From Eledone cirrhosa (lineage: Eukaryota), in assembly GCA_964016885.1 (NCBI GenBank), contig OZ024740.1, positions 18,476,001 through 18,540,000 on the forward strand: DNA of 64,000 nt, read 5' to 3'. Position numbers and translations under genes: made by a program. Under the pieces are notes generated by a model. The model saw only the letters and a list, made by a program, of their open reading frames with translations, did no database searches and had not been told where the DNA came from. Shown piece by piece: positions 25,401 through 39,044 of this stretch (position 1 is its first letter; each line of letters starts with the position of its first letter).

Positions 25401-26370
25401 TGATTAGGAAGTCCTTGTCGTCTGTTAGAGCAGTAGTGTGTATTAGGGACTCGTAAAACCTATCCTTAAGTTCGTCTGGCAGCCCCGATTGGGGTGCGTA
25501 AGCTGATATTATTGTGGTAATTGTCTTATTCAGGACTAGTCTGAGTTTAATGATTCTTGCATTTACCCTGTACATTGAGATTACTTTATCTACCCACTTG
25601 TCAGCTAATAGTATACCTACACCACCCATCCCATCGTCATTTCCCACCCAGAAAAATTTGTAGCACTGACTTTTTCCCACAAGGACTCTAGCAGACTCTC
25701 CTCTCCATCTAGTCTCTTGCACACAGCATACATCAACTTCCTTTCGCTCTAGCATTTCTACGATTTCTCCTGCTCTTCCTTTCATTGAGCCTACATTGAT
25801 GGTACCAACTCGGAGTTTTGGGCATTTGTCGACACTCGTAGGGGAGGGTCTCTGGGTTGGCGCTTCACGTGGGTGCTTGGTAGCTCGCAGATTCATATTT
25901 CATCTATTGATTCAGAGTTGCTCAAATGTATTCTCAGCTCATCCATCCATAACGGTGGGAAAATTGAGGGCTAGAAGAACAGTGGTGGTGGGGTAATGGC
26001 AGGGTGTGTTGGGCTGCGCCAGAGGAGGAGAGAGTTAGTTAGGTAGGTAGTAGCAGCAGCAGCAGCAGCAGCAGCGGAAATGGCATGCTGAGGTTTGATT
26101 GGTGGAATAGGCTATGGTGGTGTGTGGGGGTGGGTGGGAGGGAAATTGTGAGGTGGGCACTGGGGGCCGCATGGTAAATAACCGAGAGAGATACGATAGA
26201 ATTAGAATACCGCATGGTAAATATCCGAAGTTAAAACAGCAGTAATATTAACAATAGTAACGTCATAGGAACTAAGATACCTTCGAAAATTTATCAATAA
26301 AACAGCAGAAAAACAGTAGTAATATTATCAATAATAGCGTCATAAAACTAACTAAGATACCTTCGAAGAT
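22471..26370 (-). mobile_element. Near full-length RTE-clade LINE with (TGA)n tail
   Basis: APE + RT + C-terminus; (CAT)n at 22471-22490 on the + strand; 5' boundary approximate. Confidence 0.92.
22774..25896 (-). pseudogene. RTE ORF (APE endonuclease, RT, PHD-like finger), one frame with two premature stops
   Basis: VGTINV, CVQETRW, SAYAPQ, GDFNGHVG, FVDLEKAFDRV, LLYADD; stops at 25363-25365 (TGA) and 23929-23931 (TAG), with the frame preserved across both. Confidence 0.93.
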
Positions 26371-26580
26371 TTGTATGAATATATACATACACATACATAC
26401 ATACACATACATACATATACACACATAAAGATACATAACTAAATATACATATATACACATACACGCACACATACACACACACACACACACACGTGTACAC
26501 ACACACACACACACACACGCACATATACATATGTCCGTATATATACCTCCATTCACACATACATGCATACACACACACAT

Positions 26581-26614
<34 letters not shown>

Positions 26615-26630
26615 ATATATAGAGAGAGGC

Positions 26631-26683
<53 letters not shown>

Positions 26684-26966
26684 CATACATATATATACAC
26701 ATATATGTACACATAAACACATACAGACACATACACACATATACATAATATACACATACATATATATCCATATATATATACATATATATATATATACATA
26801 CATACACATACACATACACATACAAGTACATACATACACACATACACACATACACATACATATACATACATACATATATATACATATATATATACATACA
26901 CACACATACACATATACATATATATATGTGTACACACGAGCACATAAAGACACATATATACATACA

Positions 26967-27578
26967 TATGGTGGCTGCCAACTCGTTTTCGAGTACGGCC
27001 ACTACTTTATATCCATGTAGGAGAACCCCTACCGATGCTCTGAACGAGTGTGACTTTTTAGTCCAGCCAGCGACTTGAAAACTCTGGTACAAACACTACA
27101 CTTGTGACAATTATTGACACATAGTGCTTTGCATTTGGTACCATGTGACGACAAGTGCAGAGAGATCTCCAGATACAAAGCAATGCCTGTGCCGTGAAGC
27201 TTTTATAGTGAGCAAAGGCACTGCACAAAGCCAGTCCCACTCTCTTAACCAAGATGATATTTACCAAAAAGAAGAACAAGTCAACATCATTGGATACCAT
27301 CAGGGTTGCAGGTGTTATATCAGAGTTTTCCTTCTCCTAGAATTCTGCCTTGACAAAGGCTAAGGGGTCATCTCTCCCAGTGATTTTGGATGGCCATTGA
27401 CTCTTAAGAGCTCCTTTGCCCTTTGACAGGTTTTGTTTTTAGTCCTGCAGGATGTCCAAAGTCACCCTCCTCACCAAGAAACCTTGGTGGGGTTGCCAGT
27501 TTAGTCGCCAACGACCCGACTATGAGACAGGTTGTACTGGGATACATGTTACCAGTAGCACCAAGTGGTGACCTGACA
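26967..27578 (-). mobile_element. ~610-bp non-autonomous retroelement with (TATG)n tail
   Basis: Highly similar to 48901-49510 in the opposite orientation; no coding capacity. Confidence 0.85.
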
Positions 27579-27833
27579 TATATACATACATATATATATA
27601 TATATATACATACATCTGACATGACATATATACATACCTGATATATATACATACATACATATATATATATATATACATATATATACATACATCTACATAC
27701 ATACATACATATACACATACAGAAACATACACATATGTGCACACATATATACATATATGCACATACATACACACACACACACATATATAGGTACATACAT
27801 ATACATACACACTCATATAAACATATATATCCA

Positions 27834-27879
<46 letters not shown>

Positions 27880-27932
27880 TATATACAAACATACACATAC
27901 ATACATATACATATACATACATATACACACAT

Positions 27933-27973
<41 letters not shown>

Positions 27974-28019
27974 TACAAACATACACACATCCATACATAT
28001 ATATACACACACACACTGA

Positions 28020-31000
28020 CTGTGGGGTCTTTAATTTGTTGTTTATGTACCCGGACTCTATCATGTAATCCCGTTCCGGTTTCCCCAATGTAATACTCTT
28101 TACACTGTGGACATGTTGCGCAATATATTAGGTTTTTCGTTTTGCAGTTCATGTTAGCATTGACCTTGAAATTATCATGGTTTTTGAAGGACAACTGTTT
28201 GCCCTCTTCGATGAGTTCACAGGTTCCACATCTAGGGTCCCCGCATTTCGTCACTTGCATTGATTCCATGTTGGTCGTAAATTTTGCCTTGGTAATTAGT
28301 TTTTTAAGGTTGGGTGCTTGGCGTCTGCTATAAATTATCTGTGTGTTTTTTAAGAGTGCATTCATTTTGGTAGATTGCTGTAGAATCGGGAGATACTGCT
28401 TAGCAGTTTTCACAATGTTGATGTTCCCTGGGTTGTGAGTGATGACAAAAGAGATAGCAGGGTTTTCTTTTTTATGTTGTGGGTTTGGTTTTCTCAGTGT
28501 TGTTATTGGGATGTTCTTAGCCTTGGAGATGGCTGCGTTGATGAGTTTCATCGGGTATTCTTGTTTTTTAAGGAATTTTTTCAGGTCACATAATCTTTTT
28601 TCTTAGAGTACGGGGTGTGTTGCTATAGTGCAGATGCGCCTTGCCATGTTGAAGGGGATGTTCCTTTTCGTATGTGAGGGGTGTGCTGACCGGAAATTTA
28701 AGTATTGGTGTGTGTCAGTGGGTTTGCAAAATAGGTCCGTTATGATATTTTCCCCTTCTTTAATGATGAGGATATCTAGAAAGGGCAGTTCCTTTTCGTT
28801 ACATTCCATAGTGAATTGTATAGCTTCATGAAGCCTGTTTAGGATCGAATAAAATTTTTGTAGGTCTGTTTGGCTTCTGTTCCAGAAAATGAAGCAGTCA
28901 TCTAGGTAACGTTTCCAGTTTTTATTAATGTACAAGGCGAAGTCGTGACTGAATGTTATCTGTAGTTGGGAATATAATTTTGCCTCTAAGTGACCCATAA
29001 CGAGCGTTGCATATGTAGGGGCCATTTTGGTACCCATGGCTGTTCCTTTTATTTGTAGATAAAGTTCGTCGTCAAAGAGGAAGTGGTTGTTTTCCAATAC
29101 TAATTTAAGTCCTTCCAAGATGAATTGTTTGGGGAATCTTTCTGAAATGTGACTTGAGTGTTTTGTAATCCAGAAGTCCACAGCTTCAATCCCTAGGTCG
29201 TGTGGGATGTTAGTGTACAGGCTTATTACATCAAAACTGACTAGGATTGTATCCTGGTGTACTTTTTGGGGGATATAGTTAAGGAATTCCATATCATCTC
29301 TGATGTAGCTTGGAACTTTTTTACATAGGGGTTTGAGTATGATGTCTAATAGGTTGCTTAGACGTTGTGTGCTTGAGGCTGGGCCAGCAATAATGGGGCG
29401 TAATTTTAAGTCTGTCGGTTTTGGTGCTTCGATGTATGATGTATTTTTCCCTTTTATGTTGTTTTGGATTTCTATAGATTTGTGAATTTTTGGTAATCCA
29501 TAGAAATTGCTGGTTTTCGTTTCGAAGTTGGTTAGGTAATCTACTTCTTTTGGTGTTAGGTTGTTTTGGTACTTTGTTGTTAGTTTGCCTATTTGGTTCC
29601 TCGATTTCCTTTCTTAGCTTTTAGTGATTTTCCTGTAGAAGTTTTCATCATTCAAGTGTGCTAGAACCATATATTTGTAGTGGTTTGTGTCCATGATGAC
29701 GATTGCTCCACCTTTGTCCGCTTCTTTTATTATTATTGAGGAATCCCTTTGTAGCTTGTTCAATGCTAGTAGTTGGTCTGTAGGGATGTTGCGTTTGTGT
29801 TTCGTCTCGGCCGTATTTGTACGTGCTGATCGGCGAAGGCAGGTTATGTATTCCTCCAGGTATTTATCTCTATTTAGCGGGGGTGTGAAGTTCTTTTTGT
29901 TTTTCACCAGTGATTCTTCCTCGTATTGTACAACCTGGAAGAATTCTCCTAAGCGTAATTTTCGACAGTATTCTTCTGTGTCTTTTATAACAACGGCTGT
30001 ATCTGCTTTCGGAGTGGGAGTGAACTTCAGTCCATTTTCTAACAGTTGTATTTCTGGTTGTGTTAATTTCTTGGCTGATATATTGATTATTTTTGGTTCG
30101 ATTGGTTCTTTCTCGTCAGGTGCCACTTGAAAGGTGGTGCTTTTTTCTTTTTTTCTTTCATTTGGTGCGAGGCCCCTAGTCCTAAAAAATGGGTGCCATT
30201 TGGGATAGGGGTGTTTCTGTTGTGGTGAAACCTTTGGCCCGCCGGAACTTCATGCCGGTAACTGGTTGGGCGATAGACTCTTGCGTGGTCGTTGCTGTAT
30301 GGGGGTCTGGTTCTTCTGTTGTTTCGTTCAGTATTCATGTGTCTTTGATTTTGTCTCCGCTAATTGTTCTTGGTGTTATGGCAGTGGTTGTATCTGGTTT
30401 TGGTGTTGAGTATTGGGTCTGTATGTAGTTGTGTGTTTGGGGTTACCCAATATCTGATTGTTGTTGGTTTATTGTGTGTGGGTGCTTCATTTCTTGTGTT
30501 GTTGTATTTTCCTGAGTTCTGGGGTTTCCTATGGGTTTGTTTTCTGGGTTTTATTTGGTCTTTCCCATAGTTACCTTCATATTCTTGAAGCCATTGAGTT
30601 CTTGACTCCAAGATTTTCTTTGATTTTAACTCCTCTCTAGTTGTATCTGTCTGCCATAGGTTAAGGAGTTTTTCACGTACATTTCCGCTGCTTCTTTTGT
30701 TTATTTCCTCTTGGATGGTGGTGTCGCATTTTTCAAATTTCTCTTTGAATTTTGGCACTCTTAGGCGGAGTAGGGTGATTTCGATCTCAAGTGTTTGGAG
30801 TGCAAGATTTAGTCTTGTTGCAGTTTCTTCCTTTGATTCCGATGGTATTTCTTTAATTCGGAATTTTCTCGGGAGGATAACTGGTTCCTTGCTACGTCAT
30901 ATTTCGTATGTGTCTGCTAGGTTTTCACTCCTCAAGGCTTTCCAGTATGCCTGTTTCCTTTGATTTAATAGTTGGTTCCAAATGTTTTTCATTTGGTTTC

Positions 31001-31301
31001 TTTTTCTGTAGGCTTCTTTTTCTAGATTCAGTTCATTCCATTCTTTGAATGCATTATTGGTGATGGAGTTCTGTTCATGTGTAGCTATTTCAGGAGAAAA
31101 GGTTTGTTCTTGTTTTTGTCGGTCTGTAATTAGTGAATCAAGTTTTTCCCTATAGCTGCGTGTTTGTTGTTCCATTTCTTGTACGGCATTCGTAAGGGAA
31201 TCATATTTATCTATTATTATGGTGAGTTTTTCTGATATTTCCTGTAGTAGTGTATCCGATTTGAGGGATTCAGTAGAGGATTTTGAACGTGTGTTAGCCA
31301 T
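28020..31301 (-). pseudogene. Penelope-like RT + GIY-YIG ORF, disrupted
   Basis: LLENGLKFTPTP, IIIKEADKGGAIVIMD, LVSFDVISLYTNIP, GTAMGTKMAPTYATL, WKRYLDDCF, LPFLDI, CGDPRCGTC, LIYCATC...YIGETG; several stops and frameshifts. Confidence 0.93.
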
Positions 31302-31510
31302 TCTGTCTTGTACAAGGGGATAGAATATTGGAAAATGTGTGTAATCCTTGGTACAGTTAGGTATATTAAGACAGGGGGAAGAAAAAATGGCTTCACTTGT
31401 GCTTTCAACAAATTTATTTTCTTCACAAAATCCAAAAAGAATTTTTTTCCGGATTAGAAAAAATTTTTTTCTTATAAAAAATTATTTTATAAATTAAGTT
31501 GTTGGTTGTT

Positions 31511-31588
<78 letters not shown>

Positions 31589-31590
<2 letters not shown>

Positions 31591-32297
31591 GATTGTTTAA
31601 CCATCGTCTCAGTGTGTTTGGCCTTTAACGTTTGTTATAGCTCTGGTTCATCTGAATCATTGAGCACTTGCCGCACATCTCGGAGGTTGTTTTTCGTTAT
31701 TTCGTGGGCCGAAATGCGAATCTCGATAATTTATGTTTGTATTATTCTCCAGACTCTAGCTATTGACCAGTTAATTTTTTAGTTGATTCTATTGACTGAT
31801 GAATAGCTTATGTTAATTTTAACCCTTCTGTTGAGAACTCTATTCGATTTGTGATGTTTTTGCATTCTTGCAAAAATATACACAACTGAATTCATTCGCC
31901 TGATATAGGGGTTGCCTCCCTTGCCCATTCCCACGTGGGATCAGCAATAGTCAGTCTTTGTATTAACATTGAACTAAAACCTGTTGAGAAAGTGGCTTCC
32001 TTGTTCAATCATCTTACCAGAAGCCTGACATTATTTATGTAAGCGGACGGTACTTGATTTAGAAGCCGCAGAAACCCATATACTGGATTTTACCAACCTT
32101 CCAGGGGTCCGGGTAAATTTTCAATACCCGAATTACTTGATCGTTTTTTTGGCTATGCGAATGATTGTTTAACCATCGTCTCAGTGTGTTTGGCCTTTAA
32201 CGTTTGTTATAGCTCTGGTTAATCTGAATCATTGAGCACTTGCCGCACATCTCGGAGGTTGTTTTTCGTTATTTCGTGGTCCGAAATGCGAATCTCG

Positions 32298-32301
<4 letters not shown>
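31589..32301. repeat. ~140-bp direct repeats (31589-31729, 32161-32301) around ~430 bp, in (TA)n; unclassified
   Basis: Direct reading. Confidence 0.8.
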
Positions 32302-32362
<61 letters not shown>

Positions 32363-32500
32363 AGAGTAGGGGCCTCACGGCCGAGCTCTTACACCGATAT
32401 ATCGTGGGTTTATCTCCCCTTGGAAAGTGACTGTTTCTGTACATGCGTATTCGTATAGTTGTTTTTCCTTTTCCTTAGAACTTCATTTAAACCGAGCCGA

Positions 32501-32571
<71 letters not shown>

Positions 32572-33027
32572 TAAAAGGAAAAGAAAATGCTGACAAATTT
32601 TTCCCAGTGAAAAATAGTTTAATTAGGAATAAGTATAAATTAGTAATAAGTATTGGTTAGTATTCAGTTTTAGTTTTAAGTTTTTACCGGTTGCGCATTT
32701 CTAATGCTTTTCAAAAATAATTTTGAGATAGAGCGCCCGTGATGTTTGCTCTAATCTGATTAGTTTTGGAAATTCTTCCTGTTTTATGTGAAAAAAGTGG
32801 CTCCAGATGTATTAAGATTTGGTTGGTTGTTGAATGTTACGTGAATGAGTACTATAAATTTCGCGCCAATTCGTGTTGCAAAAATTCTTGTAGTCAAAAC
32901 AATTTTGATTGGTCGGTAGAGGTCACGTGAATGTTAAAAATTGATTTTGCACCAAATGTAGGTTTGTCGAAGAGTGTCCCTTTTCACCTGATTGAGAAGT
33001 CACTGAAAAATAATTTTATTAAGACAA

Positions 33028-33113
<86 letters not shown>

Positions 33114-33233
33114 CGAAGGAGTTGTGGTAAAGAACCAGATGGACTACTCAATACTTATGGTAGTAGAGTGGGAAATAGGAAAAATTATGACCCCGACAGC
33201 AGAGCTCAAGCTGTTTCGACGGCTATATCTGGA

Positions 33234-33270
<37 letters not shown>

Positions 33271-33678
33271 GATCTTTATAACATGTATTAAAATTGATGT
33301 TAGCAAAGCCTGCTTTCTCCGTATTGTATTATCGAAACACTTGTTATTAGGTTAAATTGCTTTTTCCCGTTTAAACTCCTGCATGCTGATTCTCGACCAC
33401 ATTGGTTTTGGTCATTTCTGCCCTTACTCCTGCATGCTGATTCTCGACCACATTGGTTTGGGTGACTTCAACCCTTGCTAAAGTAACGGATACAACTGAT
33501 TTTTTCGTTGTGTGTAGAAAAATTATAATCTGTGAGAAGTTGCGTAAATCTGACTTTCTTTAGTGTTGAAAAATTATGTTGCAAATGAGTTCGATCTTGG
33601 TTTGAATTTTCTGATAAAGGTTTTCTCAGTATTAATTCGACCTTGCTCTGTTATTTCATAACTACATTGGTACAATGT

Positions 33679-33818
33679 GAAGGCGCATGGCTTAGTGGTT
33701 AGAGCATTGGGCTTGCAATCGAAAGGTTGTGGGTTCAATTCTCGGACCGGGTGATGTGTTGTTTCCTTGAGCAAGACACTTTATTTCACGTTGCTCCAGT
33801 TTACTCAGCTGTAGAAAG
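33679..33818 (+). mobile_element. tRNA-derived SINE (second family)
   Basis: A box TGGCTTAGTGG, B box GGTTCAATTC, then CCTTGAGCAAGACACTT; a diverged reverse relative lies at ~50285-50380. Confidence 0.8.
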
Positions 33819-34233
33819 GATATGATAGGACTGGGGTCCCTATCATTAAATCACCCAAGACACCTCCAACGAGATATACCTTGGAAGAGGCCAGCTAAAC
33901 CTGCATAGGTGTGAGCTGTCACACACATTGGTACAATAGGAAAACATGGAAGTTAGGCAGTGTTTTGCTTCGCATTCTTCTATATGTTTGTTTAGAGGGA
34001 TCTTTCTAGTATACAGAGTTCTGATTTGCTGCCTCATAATCTGCCGAAGTTGCCACGAACATTATATATCAGGCAAGGCTGACACTCCGACAAGGAATGA
34101 CAGTCCTGAGGCGTTTTGTGTAAGATAATCAAGTTTTAAAAAGTGGTCATCGAGCGTGTCTATCTGAAAGGGAAAAAAAGAAAGTTTTGTATATAGAGCT
34201 GTACGTGTGAGCGTGTGTATATATATAGTTAGT

Positions 34234-34312
<79 letters not shown>

Positions 34313-34849
34313 GCAGTGAGTGAAAGAGAGAGAGAGACAGAGATATGGAGGCAGTAAGTGAAAGAGAGAGAGAGAGATGGAGGCAGTGAGTGAAAGAGAG
34401 AGAAAGACGGAGGCAGTAAGTGAAAGAGAGAGAGAGAGGTAGTGAAAGAGAGAGAACATCAACACACGCACTCACTTGATAAAGACAACACTAGATGTTA
34501 TTTTGAGGTGGAGATTCTGTACATCTTCATTACTTCTTAAGAAATCAATCATCAGCGATGTACTTTTACTTTATTGGCGCCGGAAACAATCCGATTGAAT
34601 GGCTCTGAAATAGAGTATTTTAGTGAGTTTGTATTTCTCGACAGTCTAGTACTATAATGAATTAACAGACATCAAAGGATTGTCTCACTAACGTATGATG
34701 TACATTTGGAAGACGAAGACACAGAATCTGAAACCAGAAACGTATCAACCTGTGACCTTAAACCCGAATTGATACTTGATTCGTTTCTCATGGCGATAGT
34801 AGTAATTGTCATTCACATGATACCCAAGCTAGACATACGATACAATGAA

Positions 34850-34960
34850 CTCTTATTTTCTCAATCGTAATCTACGCCATAGAAACGTGGACCTAAAATC
34901 TGAAGATATACGAAGACTGCAAATGTTTGAACTACGGTGTTTAGAAAATATACTAGAGTT
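34850..34960 (+). mobile_element. Old RTE fragment
   Basis: IFSIVIYAIETWT../SEDIRRLQMFELRCLENIL. Confidence 0.55.
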
Positions 34961-35862
34961 GAAATCCTTCCAAGGCCACCCCTTTTGTTTTTATCTCTTC
35001 GGGGTCGATAAATAAAGCATAGGTCAAGTACTGAAGTCGATTTCCTTCTTTCTCTCTTTCTCTCGGAATAGGTTAAGCGAAGGGGTTAAAAAATGACTTT
35101 TCAAATCGCAGCTCCAGAAGCCTTTAATCACCACTCCTTGGACACGACAAAATTTGTTTACACAATTATGGATCCCATAAAATAAAGTAGCAGTCATATA
35201 CTGGGATCAAGTTGATCGAGAGTAACCTATCTGCAGAAGTGTTAGAAATGATTATAATTATTTTAGGCGTTTACTCAGAATGTCTTTTTGATTTTATAAC
35301 CCAGATTTTGAAATATATCACGAAGTAATTAGTTTCTCACAGATAAAATCGAAGATAAAGTCTGGGGACTTACCTCAACCCCAACACCACACCCACAAAC
35401 AACAACAATAACAACAACAATAACAATAACAAAAATAACAACAACAAAAATAAAAAGATAAAGAAGTGAGACCTCACCTCCACACCCAAACTCACAAACA
35501 ATAACAAAAATGGAAAGATAAAAAGTGTGGACTCACCCCACCTCACTCTCACAAACAACAACAACAACAAAACTGAACAGATAAAATGTGTGGACTATCC
35601 CCCACAACCACAACAACAACAACAACAATAACAAAAACATGGTAATATGTTATAAATATTTCAGAAAATAAATACCGAACTTAACAGAATCGCTAACCAT
35701 GATTAATTTATTTATGGAGCAAAATAATTTAGGTTGTCTGAGACAAGTTAATCTAATGGAACTCTAAAGAGTTTGGTAGAAAATATTCCTGAAATGTATT
35801 CTGAGAGAAATTGTAAGATTTTTATTGGGGTTTTTTAAATTAAAACTTGCTTTTCAAATAAT

Positions 35863-36044
35863 TGTTTCTACTTTTGGCACAAGGCCAGCAATTACCCAGT
35901 GCATTACTGGTACTTTATTTTATCGACCCCGTAAGGATGAAAGGCAAAGTCAACCTCGGCGGGATTTGAACTCAGATCGTAAAGGGGCGTAACTATGCTG
36001 GAAAGCATGGCGTCCGACCCTCTACCGATACTACCAATCCACCG
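35863..36044 (-). mobile_element. Full-length SINE (family of 4098-4811), 18-bp TSD
   Basis: ACTTGCTTTTCAAATAAT at 35845-35862 and 36045-36062. Confidence 0.92.
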
Positions 36045-36062
36045 ACTTGCTTTTCAAATAAT

Positions 36063-36275
36063 GGTTTCTTATATATGCACAATGCCAGTAATTTTGGGGT
36101 AGGGGAAAGTCGATTAAATCGACCCCAGTGTGTTACTGGTACTTTATTTTATCAACCTCGTAAGGATGAAAGGCAAAGCTAATCTTGGCGGGATTTGAAC
36201 TCAGAACGTAAAGGGCTGTAACTCTATACCGCAAAGCAGGATGTCTGACGCTCTGTCCATACTGCCAGTCCACCA
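36063..36275 (-). mobile_element. Older related SINE copy
   Basis: gagttcaaatcccgcc...gataaaataaagtaccagtaa on the minus strand. Confidence 0.8.
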
Positions 36276-36318
36276 TGGTCTCCGTGTATGTATGTGTGTA
36301 TGTAGGTATGTATGTATG

Positions 36319-37925
36319 TTCTTCTGGTTTTATAATTTCACAAAGTTTTACCAATAGTGAGAGAGTCAGTTTCTAACATAGACACAGGACTCTCTCATTG
36401 GAATTTACACAACATCAACTAGGTAGATATGTATGTCTGCATGTGTAGATATGGATGTTATTGTATGTGTGGATGTGTATGTTTTGAGTTGTATGTGTGC
36501 ATGTGTATATGCTTTGCATCTGTACAAGTGTATATGCAGTTATTAGATGCAACATTTCTGGAATGTTTTACATATTTTTACTGTTCCATTAATGGATTGT
36601 ACTTGTAATTTCCTAACTAGTTGTGTTCTTTCTGTTCCTGTGAAGCCTAGCTTCTCAAGATTTGTATTGAGGCAGTTACTAACATACCCCAGTGCCCCAA
36701 TAATCACAGGCATAAATCTGAAGGTGTAATCAGGGTAGAGTATCTGCAGATTTCTCATCAGTTCTGCATAAATATTCTCCTTTTCACTAATCTTTGTTTT
36801 TATTGGAACATTCCACCAGTACTCTTTCATATTATGTACATGGATGTCTTCCACATTGTTGTAGCTTTTAATGTGTTTATTATCGGGGCTATCTTTTTTA
36901 CGAACTGCATTGTACAGTGTTTTGGCCACTACATCATGCCTCAAAGGTAGATAGTACCGCGATGACATCTTTGGACAGCTGCTGATGACATGGGTGATAT
37001 CCTCGATGTTAGTTATGCAGAGTCTGCACTTGTTATCACATCTAGGTGTTTTGCCTGCATCCCTATCTCTTTTGTGAATCAAGTATTTCGTGTTAATCTC
37101 CTGTTCTTGGATTGCAAAAGCGTATCCTTCAAAGTGGGAGCCAATATAGCGGTTGTTGGTCCAAGATAGACTACTTTCCTTATCTATATTACTCTCACTC
37201 TGGAGCTTCCTGGCAACATATCCATGCATGATTTTTTGCTGATAGGCATGCAGTTTTTCATCCATGGATTCACTGCGATACTGCTGGGCGACATCCCTGG
37301 GTGTGAATTTTTGATTATCACACAGGGAATATCTCTCGAGGAGTTCCTTCCCAACTCTCATGATCTTATCTGTTTCATGCAGACAGACATGCTCAATAGA
37401 TGGGCTTCTACGCTTGGAGGTTTTAGATGTTGTCGGATGGATATAATGCGACATTCAAATGTTGTCTGGACTGATGTTAGGCCTCTTCCTCCCTGCTTAC
37501 GTTTCAAGTAAAGGCGGTCTATGTCACTGTTGATGTGGAAGTTTCCGGTGTTGTTTAGAATTTTTCAGCTTTTAACATCAATTGCTGGATTTCATCTATC
37601 GTCCAATCGAGTATTCCAAAAGTTGGTGTTAGGACAGGCACAGCAAACACATTGTGAGCCACTGTTTTATTGTGCACAGAGAGTTCCGATGACCATATAT
37701 TTCTTAATTGGGTGTAATATTCCCTGCTTACGCGTTCCTTGTCACAGGTACCACCATAGGATATATTCTCACCTATCCCTAGGCATCTGTAGCATTTCTC
37801 GTCAGATATCGGTGAAACAGTTAGGCCATTGATGAAAATGTTGCTAGACTGGGTTGTTGTTTTTCCTCGTTTTACAGCCATATATGAACATTTATCTTGA
37901 CAAACTCCATTTCTATATCATTTGA
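36319..37925 (-). mobile_element. R4/Dong-like non-LTR element, 5'-truncated (CCHC knuckle, partly deleted RLE)
   Basis: AIQEQEINTKY, CRLC...EDITHVISSC, RHDVVAK, PVIIGALG; (TATG)n on both sides. Confidence 0.88.
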
Positions 37926-37994
37926 GATGTATGTATGTATGTATGTATGTATGTATGTATGTATGTATGTATGTATGTATGTATGTATGTATGT

Positions 37995-38290
37995 AGGAGT
38001 GAAGGACCCCTAGTCTTTGTCAGGGCATTCTTCTAGGAGAAGGCAACTCAGGAAACTGGGATAACTCCGATATAACCTGCGGCTCAGTAGTTACCGATGA
38101 TGTTGATCTTTTCTTCTTTTCGGGTTATAGCTACTGTCACTCAGAGAGTGGGATTGGCTCAGTGCACAGTCTTTCCTCACTTTAAAAAATATCTTCACGC
38201 ACAGGCATTGCACGATAGAATTAATTAATAATTATTGATAATGGTATATCGTGCAATGGCCATACTCGATAACGAGGGGGTATCATCATG
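37995..38290 (+). mobile_element. Non-autonomous (TATG)n-tailed element, 5'-truncated
   Basis: 37995-38215 matches 44156-44377; 38249-38290 matches 48811-48852. Confidence 0.8.
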
Positions 38291-38390
38291 TATATATGTA
38301 TGTATATATGTATGTTCGTACGTATGTATGTATGTATGTATGTATGTATGTATGTATGTATGTATGTATGTATGTATGTATGTATGTATG

Positions 38391-38424
<34 letters not shown>

Positions 38425-38545
38425 TGTATGTATGTATGTATGTATGTTCGTACGTATGTATGTATGTATGTATGTATGTATGTATGTATGTTCGTACGTA
38501 TGTATGTATGTATGTATGTATGTATGTATGTATGTATGTTTGTAC

Positions 38546-38576
<31 letters not shown>

Positions 38577-38921
38577 TGTATGTATGTATGTATCTATGTA
38601 TGTATGTATGTATGTATGTATGTATGTATGTATGTATGTATGTATGTTCGTACGTATGTATGTATGTATGTATGTATGTATGTATGTATGTATGTATGTT
38701 CGTACGTATGTATGTATGTATGTATGTATGTATGTATGTTCGTACATATGTATGTATGTATGTATGTAGGTATGTATGTATGTATGTATGTATGTATGTA
38801 TGTATGTATGTATGTATGTATGTATGTTCGTACATATGTATGTATGTATGTACGTATGTATGTATGTATGTATGTATGTATGTATGTATGTATGTATGTA
38901 TGTATGTATGTATGTTCGTAC

Positions 38922-38952
<31 letters not shown>

Positions 38953-39042
38953 TGTATGTATGTATGTATGTATGTATGTTCGTACATATGTATGTATGGA
39001 TGTATGTATGTATGTATGTATGTATGTATGTACGTATGTATG
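38290..39042. repeat. (TATG)n with periodic TTCGTAC interruptions
   Basis: Direct reading. Confidence 0.95.
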
Positions 39043-39044
39043 CA

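Larger units (their letters stand above)
21530..31512 (-). mobile_element. Neptune-like Penelope element with pseudo-LTR repeats (21530-21715 = 31328-31512), split by nested insertions
   Basis: ~185-bp direct repeats, each abutting (TA)n, bracket the RT/GIY-YIG body. Continuity across 22135-28020 is inferred. Confidence 0.7.

Noticed and set aside
33375-33460. 51-bp-period duplication; short duplications at 26165-26370
   Set aside because: Ordinary local slippage with no further structure.
33679-33763. Genuine tRNA gene
   Set aside because: No acceptor stem; continues into a SINE body.
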